Shown here one piece after another: positions 41,983 through 54,801 of a stretch of 64,000 bases of DNA. Position 1 is the stretch's first letter. The number at the start of each line of letters is the position of its first letter. The stretch is from Eledone cirrhosa (taxonomy: Eukaryota): positions 22,630,001 through 22,694,000 of the forward strand of contig OZ024745.1 of assembly GCA_964016885.1 (NCBI GenBank), given 5' to 3'. The position numbers and the translations under genes were made by a program. The notes under the pieces were generated by a model, which did no database searches, was not told the DNA's origin, and saw nothing but the letters and a program-made list of their open reading frames with translations.

Positions 41983-41985
<3 letters not shown>
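41515..41985. mobile_element. two-armed PLE terminal insertion, family C (large palindrome)
   Basis: 41571-41803 inverted vs 41804-41985; matches the 3'UTR of the PLE at 56653-58590. Confidence 0.9.
41719..41761 (-). ncRNA. minimal hammerhead ribozyme (CCGAAGA in this copy)
   Basis: Minus strand: gtca CCGAAGA t-gtcaca-gaatg-tgtgac GAAA gaac TT tgac. Confidence 0.78.
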
Positions 41986-42035
<50 letters not shown>

Positions 42036-42669
42036 CGAGTAAGAGCATATACATACACACTGACACATAGACACACACACATATGTGTATAGTGTATTTG
42101 ATTCAGGGAATTACTGATAGTGATACCAATATGAGCACTCGATTCACGGATAGAGTGCATTAATGATAGGGGTTCCAGGCATATCATGTGAGAGGGACTG
42201 TGGTTTAAACCCTGAACGCATAGAACTGAAACAGATACTACAAGACTTCCCTCCGATTCCCTAACATGTTCACCACTCAGCCATTCAGACCTGGCATTCT
42301 ATATATCGAACCTCGAAAGTATGAAAAGTATAGTTGACCTCGGTGGAATTTAAACTCGGAGCACAGAAAAGTCAGAAGAAATACCTCCAATAATTCTATT
42401 TGATGTTCCAACAAATCTGGCAATTTGCCCCTCTTTCAGTCAAGTACTGCGCTCGATATAATTGATTGCTCTCTTGTGCCTATGACAAAAACAACGTTAT
42501 TATTATAATCTGTCCCTTACATGTCGGCCCTTGTGGCTAATAAATGAAATCATTATTATAATTATCATTATTAGTTAACTCTCTCTTAACTCTAATATGG
42601 TAAATTAGTGATTAAGGATTTTATTATTTTTTATTATTTTTGTAGACATTCTTATAAATTTGGTTTTCT

Positions 42670-43010
42670 GTAATGTTGTTATTGTTGTTGTTATTGTTGA
42701 TGTTGTTGTTATTGTTGATGATATTGTTGTTGTTATTGATGCTGTTGTTGTTGTTGATAAAGTTGTTGGTGATGATGATGTTGTTATTGATGATGATGTT
42801 GTTGTTGTTATTGTTGATGATGTTGTTGATGATGATGATGTTGTTATTGATGCTGTTGTTGTTGTTATTGATGCTGTTGTTGCTGTTGTTATTGATGATG
42901 ATGTTGTTATTGATGCTGTTGTTGTTATTGATGCTGTTGTTATTGTTGTTGATGATGTTGTTATTGCTGTTAATGTGGATGACGTTGTTATTGATGTTGT
43001 TGCTAAAGTT
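42670..43010. repeat. compound (GTT/GAT/ATT)n trinucleotide array
   Basis: Direct reading. Confidence 0.9.
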
Positions 43011-43107
43011 TGACATTTCCGCCGTCTCCTTAAACCACTTTTTATGTTTATTTATGTTTATTTAGTTCCAGTTCTGGTTTTGCTGTTGTTAATATTATTA
43101 TTGAATC

Positions 43108-43320
43108 TTGGCAGCACCGGTAGAGCATCGAACAACATGTTTTGCGACGTAGAGTTATGACTTTCTATGTTCTGAGTTCAAATCTCACCGAGATTAGCTT
43201 CGCCTTCCATCTTTACAGGATCGATGAAATAAAGTACTAGTAATGTATTGGGGTCGATTTCTTCGACTTTCCTCTACCCCCCCCCCCCCAATTACTGGCA
43301 TTGTGCCAATAGTAGTAACA
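43108..43320 (+). mobile_element. tRNA-derived SINE (main family, older copy)
   Basis: TGGCAGCACCGGTAG, GAGTTCAAATCTC, core. Confidence 0.8.
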
Positions 43321-43680
43321 ATTATTACATCTATTATCGTTGTTGTTGTTATTACATCTATTATCGCTGCTGTTATTGCATCTATTATCGCTGTTGTTAT
43401 TGCATCTATTATCGCTGTTGTTATTGCATCTATTATCGCTGTTGTTATTGCATCTATTATTGCTGTTGTTATTACATCTATTATCGCTGTTGTTATTGCA
43501 TCTATTAACGCTGTTGTTATTACATCTATTATCGCTGTTGTTATTGCATCTATTATCGCTGTTGTTATTGCATCTATTATCGTTGTTATTATTACATCTA
43601 TTATCGCTGTTGTTATTGCATCTATTATCGCTGTTGTTATTACATCTATTATCGCTGTTGTTATTGCATCTATTACCGCT
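43321..43680. repeat. 24-bp minisatellite ATTRCATCTATTATCGCTGTTGTT, ~15 copies
   Basis: Direct reading; starts exactly at the SINE tail. Confidence 0.95.
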
Positions 43681-43949
43681 CTGATTTCTGTTGATTTAGG
43701 TTTCTCTTTCTTGTTATATATTGCTCCTTTTATTGGCATTGTTTGTTTTTGTTTTATTGTTATTTATCCCAGATCAATTCTGATCAGAAAGAGTTGTGAA
43801 CAAAGACGTCCCAGGTGTAACATCTCTTCTTTTTTCCACCCATAATAAAACTTGTTCTATATTATCCAGTTAACCACTGAAGACTTTAAGCTTCATTACA
43901 GGACATAGAGAAAATAAAACACTCATCAATATTATATCGTCTCTAGAGT

Positions 43950-45205
43950 ATGGTAGATTGGCAGAATTGGTAGAGTGTCGTATTAAATACCATTGTGATA
44001 TCTGTTTTGTTCTTTGCATTCTGGGTTCAAATCCCACTGAGGTCAGTCTAACATTTCATTCTTCGGGATCGATAAAATAAAGTACCAGTCAAGTACTGGG
44101 TTGATTTCATCAATGTTGTCCATCGACTGTACCACCAACAACACTACTTTATTTAGTACATGCTTTTCGTTGTAAAAATAAAAAGGATTGGTGCTATTAA
44201 CTTTTTCTTAATATCACTGGCGTGGATAGTCAAGCCAAGCCTCTTATTGGCATACGTAAAATATGTAGTATCATTAAGTACCAAATACCACAAGCCTTAC
44301 TGAATGAACAATGTTGTTTACATTGATATGTGTATTAGACAACCCACTGTTACACACTCATTCACACAACCACATATAACTACCATTTATAATATAAAAA
44401 CATTGTGTTTTCTGTAATACCGTATTTTAATAGTGACTGACCCCCATCCCTGCTAAATACCAACGCTGACACCCTCTATAATCGGAGCTGTGTAGCATTT
44501 CCGGTAACACTGAACGCCACTAAAGAGTAGGTCAATATCGTTAGATTATTACTGCTTTTCGTGTTGTTGTTGTTGTTGTTGTTGTTTATTTAGTTAGCCC
44601 CAAGTTAGCTTTGATGAAACAAACATATTCAAGAAGGTAACCATACAGTTTTTGTTGCATTCTATATATAGTAGCAAGGACTGCATTATCCAATGGACTC
44701 TTAATTACTCACAACACTAGGTTTGGGTTTAAAGCAGATTTCGCTGCTGTTTTAGGCAGATCAAGAGACCATATAGAAACGTCCTTTCATACAGGATCTC
44801 TTGTTGATAATTACTTTTGTTGGATTCTTATGATATAATTAGTTGGTGTTCAAATCCCAGCGAGGTTAGCGTTGCTTTTCATCCTTACAGGATCGATAAA
44901 ATAAAGTACCAGTAATGCATTGGTTTCGATTTCATCGATTTTCCTCTCCCCTAAAATTGTTGGTCTTGTACCTTAGACAGAAACCGTTACTACTCGGTGA
45001 ATTGGCAGTACAGATAGAGCCTCAAACAACATGATTTGCAGCATATAGTTACGGCCCTTTACGTTCTGAGTTCAAATCCCACCGAGGTTAGCTTTGCCTT
45101 TCATCCTTATGTGGTCGATAAAATAAAGTACCAGTAATGCACTGGGTCGTTTTAATCGACGTTTTCCTTCCCAAAATTGTTGGCCTTGTGCCTAAATCAG
45201 AAACC
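43950..45205 (+). mobile_element. three main-family SINE copies (43950-44110, 44848-44985, 44995-45205)
   Basis: B-boxes and GATAAAATAAAGTACCAG cores. Confidence 0.8.
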
Positions 45206-45526
45206 CTTACGTGTTGGTTTTGGTGCTGGCTAGGGGGGAGAGGTAAGTGGGTATAGTTTTAATCGTGTTTAATGAAAACGAGATGAGGTTGCTAAGGAAT
45301 GATATAGTGAGGCCAGTGATGCCAGTAGTGTTAGTACATTGGTATATTGGTATGTTAGTATATTAGTACGTTGGTATATTGGTATACTGGTATATTAGTA
45401 TATTGGTATGTTGGTATGTTGGTATGTTGGTATGTTGGTATATATTAAACCTAGGAAAATTAACAGAGAAGACAACGAACGAAAAGAAGGTAAAACGAAA
45501 ATACATTTTTGAAGAGGAAACCACCT

Positions 45527-45559
45527 GTGGTGGTGGTGGTGGTGCTGGTGGTGGTGGAT

Positions 45560-45591
<32 letters not shown>

Positions 45592-45626
45592 GGTGGTGGT
45601 GGGCGTGGTCGTCGTCGTCATTGCAA

Positions 45627-45704
<78 letters not shown>

Positions 45705-45725
45705 CAGCAGGAGCAGCAGCAATAC

Positions 45726-45776
<51 letters not shown>

Positions 45777-45858
45777 CAAAAGCAGCAGCAGCAGTAGTAG
45801 TAGTAGTAATAGTAGTAGTAGTAGTATTAGTAGTAGTAGCAGCAGCAGCAGCAACATC

Positions 45859-45896
<38 letters not shown>

Positions 45897-45921
45897 CAGC
45901 AGCAGCAGCACCACCAGCGGC

Positions 45922-45966
<45 letters not shown>
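45527..45966. repeat. (GGT)n/(AGT)n/(AGC)n trinucleotide array
   Basis: Direct reading. Confidence 0.92.
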
Positions 45967-46170
45967 TGTTATTTTTATTCTTGTTCTTGTTTGTTTTCTG
46001 TTTTCGTTTATTTAGGTTCGTAAAAGATAGTGGCATTTACAATCTCAATCCATTTCCTGTCAACTGTACCGATATGACCTTTACTAGGTCACATCGGTAC
46101 AGTTGAATAGGGAGACGGTGGGGTGGCGGGAGTGACAGAATAATATTTTCGTAGATTTTGAATATACCGG

Positions 46171-46231
<61 letters not shown>

Positions 46232-46310
46232 CGCGCGCGCGCGTGTGTGTGTGTGTGTGTATACGCACACACATTATATATAGCCAGGTAGATAGATAGA
46301 CTGATAGATA

Positions 46311-47467
46311 TCTTTCTTTATTTGCCACAGAGGCGTACAAAAATGGAACATTACAACACGTAACGGTGGGGGTTTTACATAAAATCTTTTAAAATAATTG
46401 TTTCTTCTTTAGGCACAAGGCCAACAATTACTCAGTACATTACTGGTACTTTTATTTTATTGACCCCGTAAGGATGAACGGCAAAGTTAACCTCGGCGGG
46501 ATTTGAACTCAGACTGTAAAGGGACGTAACTATGCTAGAAAGCATGGCGTCCGACTCTCTACCGATACTGCCAATTCCCCGCCCTAAAATCTTAAAAAAT
46601 AATGAATGATAATAAACTATATATAAAATAAAACAATCGAAATCCCCATTGGAGAGGGGGGAGCGTTACTGCAGGGTTGTTTTACAGCCCGTGGATAGAA
46701 CAACCCTCAACACCAGGAATACGTTTTGTAGGTGTTCCTGTTTTCCCTCTGTTTACCTTCCTCAACCTACAGGTTTATATACAGAGAAGGCCCATTCACT
46801 CAGGCCATTTTCGCCACATTCACCCACCTTTCAGCGAATTTACTGGGGTGTAGCACCTCTCTCTCCACTCTCACCTTCCTTCTGAAGTGGTACTTAATAA
46901 AGGGGATAAATTGTTGTCCGGAGAGAAAGGCGTTTGCCCTCAATCCTTATAAACTCGTCCACCATATTACCTCTTTCGCCATAGCCACCAGACAGAGGAA
47001 AACAGCCTCTCCTTCATTCTTAAATGAAGGCGGCGGACTCGGCTGACAACTGGATGCATCCCTCACGTGACAGTAGCTGTTCGACATAATTCCACAGGTC
47101 GGTCACCCCTGGGCACTGAACAATTGCGTGCAAATCGGTTTCGATGTCCTGCTCACATCTTGGACGGGTCCTCAAGGCAGGAACTCTGCCAGGGTGTCGG
47201 TGCCTGTAGATTTTGTCTCGAACTGGTAGAGCTCCTCGGTAGCACTTCCAAGCCAGAGACGTCTGGAAGTTATCCATAGGCCCTGGACGGAAAGTCCTCC
47301 CGAACAGATTGGTCAGTTCGTCCTCCTTGATGCCTAGAGTTTCCCCGAGAACGTCGTCGCACTTATCCTTCACTAATCCCCTATAGAATATCGAAGTGGA
47401 GTCTCCGCTGATTGCCGTTTCCGCTTGGTAGAGGGTTGTGAGCGCCTGTAGGCATTTGAGGTGCCAG
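46311..47467 (-). mobile_element. 5'-truncated L1/Tx1-like LINE 3' end, interrupted by a SINE
   Basis: 47020-47373 encodes WKCYRGALPVRD..RC..ET..H..VQCP..LW (zf-RVT-like); minus-strand AATAAAGAAAGA end at ~46311-46322; TAGATA repeats on both flanks. Confidence 0.75.
46396..46584 (-). mobile_element. tRNA-derived SINE with imperfect TSD
   Basis: Full SINE; TAAAATCTT..AAAATAAT on both sides. Confidence 0.9.
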
Positions 47468-47736
47468 TAGATAGATGGGATTCTGGTTCACATATTCGTA
47501 CATGGTCCAATTCTATTGTAAATGTATTCACAGTTGTACCTTTACATGATAATTAAGAAGATCATATACAAAAAGAATTACAACATCAACAACAACAGCA
47601 ACAATTGAGGGGGTGGTGGGCAGTTGGAAATGTGGGGATATAGCAGAAGAACCTGAAGCAACATCACCCCCAATATGTGTACCTACAGATACGGGCGTCC
47701 CTCAATAAATAAAGACACACACACGCACATATATAT

Positions 47737-47876
<140 letters not shown>

Positions 47877-47912
47877 ATACAGATCGAACCTTGATCGATT
47901 CAGATCGAACCT

Positions 47913-47979
47913 TGAGCTGATCAATAGCGAAACGCGCGTCACCAATCAATAAACGTAATGAAGACATAACAAAAATCGT

Positions 47980-47983
<4 letters not shown>
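47913..47983 (+). mobile_element. PLE terminal fragment starting inside an HHR
   Basis: TGA gct-gatcaat-agc GAAA cgcgcg TC acc: 3' part of a minimal HHR with palindromic stem III; ends in (TA)n. Confidence 0.65.
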
Positions 47984-48024
<41 letters not shown>

Positions 48025-48032
48025 TGTATATG

Positions 48033-48096
<64 letters not shown>

Positions 48097-48120
48097 TATA
48101 CATATGTATATATATATACA

Positions 48121-48178
48121 TGAGTCCAGAAATAGCCGTCAAAACGGGTTGAACTCTGCCGTCGGGGTCATACTTTTT

Positions 48179-48182
<4 letters not shown>
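48121..48182 (+). mobile_element. PLE family A short-end arm
   Basis: TGAGTCCAGAAATAGCCGTC...TTTTTCCTA then (TA)n. Confidence 0.75.
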
Positions 48183-48215
<33 letters not shown>

Positions 48216-48220
48216 GAACA

Positions 48221-48352
48221 TAATTGTTTCTACGTTAGGCACAAGGCCAGCAATTACCCAGTGCATTACTGGTACTTCATTTTATCGACCCCGTAATGAT
48301 GAAAGGCAAAGTTAACCTCGGCGGGATTTGAACTCAGAATGGCAAGGGCCAT
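48221..48352 (-). mobile_element. 5'-truncated main-family SINE
   Basis: Core and B-box on the minus strand. Confidence 0.85.
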
Positions 48353-48688
48353 AATAGAAGAGAGTACCATGTAGTAAATATAGAGAGGGAGGTTGATAGT
48401 GATGGCTAGAATGAGAGGGAATGAATTTGGTGGTTGTAATACAGAGAGAGATAATGGGAGAGTGCCATGTAGTAGATGTAGGGAGGGTGAAAGTTTATGG
48501 GTGATTGATATACAGAGGGGGATTGGGAAAGATATGTGTAGATGAGAAAGTTTATTAGTCTTGGATATAGAGAGTGGGATAAGAGAGGTAGATATAGTGA
48601 GGTTTGAGCTTGGTTTTAGTAGATACAGAGAGGGGGATTAAAAGAGAGTTTTGTGTGATAGACATAGAGGGGAAGAGAGTTTGGAGGC

Positions 48689-49003
48689 ACTCTCGGGTCC
48701 CAAATATTAGGGTGGCAATAATGGGGGGAGGCTTGGGAAATCAGTAATTGTATAGGGTACGTCCGTAAATATGGGATTTCTTGTAACGTTCTTCTTATGT
48801 CATATATAATGTTTTTTAATGTAAAATAAAATTATTAGATTCTCCAGCTGCTGTATCGATATGAATCACTTACAATAAGATTTTGCTGGAGATAGATTAG
48901 CAACATTTAATAAGCGTGTGAGGGGTGGGGTAGAATAAAAACCAGGGGTGGTGGAAAAAATCTGACAAATTAATAAGCAAGGCGATTATTCAAGACCTGA
49001 GAT
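48689..49003. mobile_element. possible MITE with imperfect TIRs
   Basis: CTCGGGTCCCAAATA vs the reverse complement of TATTCAAGACCTGAG. Confidence 0.35.
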
Positions 49004-49193
49004 TATGTGAATTATTGACAGACTTAAAAATGAAAACTCAATACTGGAGAAGAGTTTAAATATTCATTTATTATGGCTAAACCTTGTTCCTCTGGAGTGT
49101 CACCCACGTACTCACCAGACAAGACTGGTGATCCTGTGAGAACGTAGGTGAAACTTTAGAGTAACAAAGCTCACCAATAGCCAAAATAAATGA

Positions 49194-49229
<36 letters not shown>

Positions 49230-49921
49230 CGGCGACCCTCATAGAACTGGACATGAAAGGAATTTGCCCACTATACAGGAGCAAATCATGGAATAGCTTA
49301 GATAGGGCTAGACATAAGATAGGGAAGGCCACATCATGGTACGACAACCAGAGATATCAGAGTGTCATGTTTGTGGACGCCACCCCTGGAGGGAAATTAG
49401 CTAACCAGTGTAGAAAGGCCCTGAGAAAGACCCACTTAAAAATAAAGGTGGTAGAAAAGCCAGGAACCACCATAAAATCCCTGATCAGCAAAACCTACCC
49501 TTTTAAGAAAACCCACTGTACCAATAGGAAATGTATCATATGTAAGGTGAACCCCCGGATAAACTGTAAAACTAGAAACGTAGTCTATAGCATAAGATGT
49601 ACAGAGGGTACTTGCAGAAACACGACAACAACATACATAGGTGAGACAGCTCGTAGCATAGGTGAAAGGATAGACCAACACTGGGGGGAACTAAAAGGAC
49701 GAAAAAACGGGTCAGTACTATACGAACATGCTAGACAACAACATGACGGTAACATAGACAACATAGAAATTAGAATAATATCTAAACATAGGAATGACCC
49801 AGCAGATAGGCAAATCAGAGAGGCCAGTGAAATAGAAATTAGAAGACCAAAGCTAAACAGAAAGAATGAGTGGAACAACAACAACACCCAAACAAACAAC
49901 ACTGACCTAAGAGAAGTATAA
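49230..49921 (+). pseudogene. PLE C-terminal linker + GIY-YIG endonuclease (truncated)
   Basis: SVMFVDATPGG, CTNRKCIIC, NVVYSIRC, YIGETAR..ER..H, REA..I..P.LNRK.EW; paralogous to 57077-58590. The ORF start given in the track is microsatellite. Confidence 0.88.
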
Positions 49922-50160
49922 ATAAATAAGTAAATTAAATTAAATAAATAAGATAAATAAATACATACACAAGCACATAAACACACACTAGTCACACATC
50001 ACACATAACACTATACACACACGCAAACGCATGCGCAAAGAAGACAAAATAAAATAAGATAAACAAACAAGCAAATAAATAAATAAATATATAGACAGAC
50101 TGAACAAAAAAAAAAAATGGCGTAGACATACAACACAACAGGAGGAACAATGAATATAAC

Positions 50161-50203
50161 ACCACTGACGATGTTGCAGATGTGCAACGAAAGATTTATG
50201 TAA
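50161..50203 (+). ncRNA. hammerhead-like motif
   Basis: CTGACGA t-gttgca-gatg-tgcaac GAAA gatt TA; stem I weak. Confidence 0.62.
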
Positions 50204-50689
50204 ATTATGTAAACTATATATATATGTGTTTGTCTATATTGTATCTGTATTATTTTTGACCGCCGGTCAGTCAATGGCAACATTGAGGACCGAGTAAGTT
50301 AGATCGCAGATATATATATATAAAAGACAGCGAGAAGCGAAAACCAACCAAACAGTGAGTGTGTTCTGTTATTAATTCTGGCAATATTACGCAAATATGA
50401 CCCTCCCCAAATATAACAATATATATATATAAATATATGTATAAACATTTCGTATCTCCAAAGAAATACGGTTTTAGGAAGCCGTAGCTATTCAAACTGG
50501 ACACCCCCCCCCCCGCCTCCAATAATTATATTTACTCCCCCAAAACACACATCTGTTTGGATATGCGCTACAATTTATGTACATGTTATGTTTATAGCAT
50601 ATCGACGTTCTCTGGCCATTTTAGGGTGCAAAGAGCTAAACTAATCGTTATGTCGTGTCACTCTTGAGTACTACTAATAACATGTAGCC

Positions 50690-51260
50690 CAGTACAACCT
50701 GTCGCATAGTCGGGTCGTCGGCAACTAAACCGGCAACCCCACCAAGTTTACTTAGTGAGGAGAGTGATTTTGGACACCCTGCAGGACAAAAAAAAAAAAA
50801 CTTGACAAAGGGCGGAAGAACTCATAAGAGTCAACGGCCATCCAAAAGTGTGTAAATATGTATATACACATGTACATATGTATATGTCTATATACATGGG
50901 TGCATGTGTATGTATATGCGCGGGGACATAGAAATAGTCGAGCTAGACACCCGATCGCGCGGTTAAACCACTGGGAATGAAGGACCCCTAACCTTTGTCA
51001 GGGCATTCTTCTAGGAGAAGGCAACTCAGGAAACTGGGATAACTCCAACATAAAACCTGCGGCTCAGTAGTTACCGATGATTTTGATCTTTTCTTCTTTT
51101 CAGGTTATAGCTGCTGTCGCTCAGAGAGTGGGATTGGCTCAGTGCACAGTCTTTCCTCACTTTAAAAAATATCTTCATGCACAGGCATTGCACGATAGAA
51201 TTAATTAATAATTATTAATAATGGTATATCGTGCAATGGCCATACTCGATAACGAGGGGG
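50690..51260 (+). mobile_element. non-coding interspersed repeat (SINE-like)
   Basis: Second copy at 5880-5978; (TAA)-like tail at ~51199-51222; boundaries approximate. Confidence 0.45.
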
Positions 51261-51589
51261 CAGATATCGTGTATATATGTATGAATATTGTATGTATGTA
51301 TATATGTATGTATATACTGTATGTATGTATGCATGTACGTATGTACATATCTATGTATTTATATCTATGTATATATGTTTATATGTAATGTATACATGTA
51401 TGTATGTAATGTGTATATATATGTATGTATGTAATGTGTATATATATGTATGTATGTATGTAATGTATACCTACATTTCACCATTAATGCTTGAATGTTT
51501 ACGAGTTAGTTTCACATAAAATGGAAACTTGTTCATATTTACTTCTTTACGGAACTTTACTTGTTCTCTTATTCTCTCTGTCACCCACT

Positions 51590-51698
<109 letters not shown>

Positions 51699-52107
51699 TC
51701 CTTCTCTCTATCTCCCTGTATGTCTCACAATCTCCCTTCTCATCCTATTTCAGATCGCCGAGCAATTACCATCTTATATGTTATACCTGAAATTCTAAAG
51801 GCCAACAAGTACATTCCGATTCGTACCTGTAAAATATAATGTTCTAATTTGAAGTTCCTCTTGTTGTTGCTGTTCTTCTTTCTTTCTTTTTCTTTCCGTC
51901 TTTACTCCTGCTATTTTGTTTAGTTCTATGTTTCAAAACATTGCTTTCTCTGGTTATTCAAGGTCAGTCAGTACAACCGTTGACATCTGACTATTTTCAA
52001 GGTGATAGGTCATGACAAAGTTAGTATCGGTTATTTAACGTGACCTTATGTCAACGTTTCGAGTAAACAGTGACATATACATTTATATACTTACACATAT
52101 ATACGTG

Positions 52108-52470
52108 TACGAGGGAGGGGGAGGGGTCATAGTGTGGCTATGAAGTATTGATGCTAGCGCTGTGAAATCTTGCTCGCATTAATTTCAAATCTTATTAATA
52201 ACTGCATTATTTCTTTCCAGGGACTATGTTGAAAAATAAAAGCTCATTTCCACGAGAGTATCTTGGTCAGCCAATGAACTTTTCAGCCTATGAAAGACTG
52301 ATGCTAGGGCTGTGTAATCTTACATGCATTAATTTCAAATCTTCCTAATAATTGCATATTACTTTCCAGGGACTATGTTGAAAGACAAAAGCTCATTTGG
52401 TATTTCCACGAGAGTATCTTAGTCAGCCTATTAACTGTTCACCCTTTGAACATTTCAACCGACCCTCGTA
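52108..52470. mobile_element. mariner-like MITE with internal duplication
   Basis: TACGAGGG...CCCTCGTA termini; ~150-bp internal tandem duplication. Confidence 0.65.
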
Positions 52471-52651
52471 TGTATATGTGTATATGCATACATACATATA
52501 GTTATGAAACTGAAACTTCGAAGTTACAGCCACTTTTCTACACAGAAAATCTAATTCTCTCCCTACATACACTTACTAATTGCTTATCCAGTTAAAGTTT
52601 TAATGTTTCAAGAAGAATGATATTTTAAACAACCAAATAGGTAGAACGCAC

Positions 52652-52956
<305 letters not shown>

Positions 52957-52984
52957 ATATATATATATAAAGCCCTTATTATAT

Positions 52985-53189
52985 AGCAAACCATGTCACT
53001 CTTCTTTCTTGATTTATTATTACTCCAAGTGTAAACTACATAGAAATCACCGCGTGCTCGCAGTATCACTATGGAAACCTCTTGTTGAGTCAAGTCAAAC
53101 TTAGCCAAGCGTTAATAGTATTCACTACTCCGAGTACTCTAACTGGACTACATCTAAATGGACTACCTATAACGATAATTTGTTATCCC

Positions 53190-53190
<1 letters not shown>
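52985..53190 (+). mobile_element. PLE family F long-end arm
   Basis: Homologous to 32870-33070; same end TTTGTTAYCCCG|(TA)n. Confidence 0.8.
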
Positions 53191-53238
<48 letters not shown>

Positions 53239-54037
53239 CAAGACATAGAAGCTTTCGCCGTATTTTTTTATGTCTGTAATATTTTTTCCTAATATACTAT
53301 ATAGACATTGCAAATCCATACATATAAATGTTTAATATCATTAACCTATGCATAGATATAAGTAATGCTATCTAAATACATATATAAAAGAATTTTTATC
53401 TTAGAAAATATGTAATATATGATACTATAAAATCATATATAAAATAATAAATAAATTATTTTTACATATATCTTAATTAGAATATTTTTTTTAAAGTAAA
53501 TTCTAGAATAAACGGTAAATGTAACTTAAATATTTTAACTAAGAAATATTGGAGTCATTTTTTCCTTTATAATGTAACACGCTTACACATTTTTTTCTAA
53601 GTAACAACTAAACTTTATATAAATATTAAAAATTTTTTTGTATTATTTCGTAAATGTATTCCTATCTTGATGCAACTATTGAATGTACAAAATAATCTTC
53701 TATAATAAAATAGGACTACCTCCTCTTTCTTAAAACATATATTGAAAATGTAAACAAAAAAATTCATCGTAACTCATCACAAAATAAAACATATTTAAAT
53801 TATCTATCTATTAACAAAAACAACATATATACTCACCAAAATTATTTATATATAAATAACCTGTTGTAATATAATAAAATAAAATATGCTTACAACCCTA
53901 ATTCTTCATAAAATATACTTATAAATATTATCTCTATAATATTAAAACTCACTATTAGAATAAACCCAATAATTAGTAGTATCTCTCACTTTTTAAAATT
54001 AATATTCTACCACTTTAACACATTTATAATTCTCATT

Positions 54038-54224
54038 GGTAGATTGGCAATATCGGTAGAGGATCGGACGCCTTGTGTTGACGCATAGAGTTACAGCCCT
54101 TGCCATTCTGAGTTCAAATCTTGTCGAGGTTAACTTTGCCTTTCATCCTTACGGGGTCGATAAAATAAAATACCAGTAATGCAGTGGATAATTGCTGGCC
54201 TTGTGTCAAAAGTAGAAACAATTA
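54038..54224 (+). mobile_element. tRNA-derived SINE (main family)
   Basis: Head, B-box, core and tail. Confidence 0.88.
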
Positions 54225-54610
54225 TATTATAGATACTCCCAAAATATATAATTAAATAAATAAATATAATTATTTCACTCTCTTTACACCATTACTAATA
54301 CGATCCATACAATTATATATTAATAATAATAATCTATTTCTAACTATAATATACTTTTTTCTTTCCTTAAATTTTCTTCGACCCTAATATTAATATTACC
54401 CTCTTTCTCTTCTTCCCTTAAAAAATAATACTAATAATTATTTAAATCTACCTAGCGTCTAAATATAACGATATTTTTCAACTTTACGTTATCCTCATTA
54501 ACATATTCATGTTTTGTTCAACATTTGAATTTCTTTCACTATTCAAACAGAACTTAAAACGATAAGTTCTTGTTTTTGGATATGTCACTATCTGTATAAC
54601 AACTTTTGTA

Positions 54611-54667
54611 TTTTATCTGATGAGAGCGCGCCAAAATGTTGGTACCTTTGAAATATATATAATAAAA
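54611..54667 (+). ncRNA. hammerhead-like motif in a family E arm (~54590-54712)
   Basis: ttttat CTGATGA gagcgcgccaa-aatg-ttggtaccttt GAAA tata TA. Confidence 0.58.
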
Positions 54668-54711
54668 CAAATATGGTTTTATAAAGATAGTTTCCATTTA
54701 TTAATATTATT

Positions 54712-54801
<90 letters not shown>

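Larger units (their letters stand above)
49230..50420 (+). mobile_element. 5'-truncated PLE, family C
   Basis: GIY-YIG coding end, 3'UTR with HHR core, ends ATATAACAAT|(AT)n. Confidence 0.9.
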
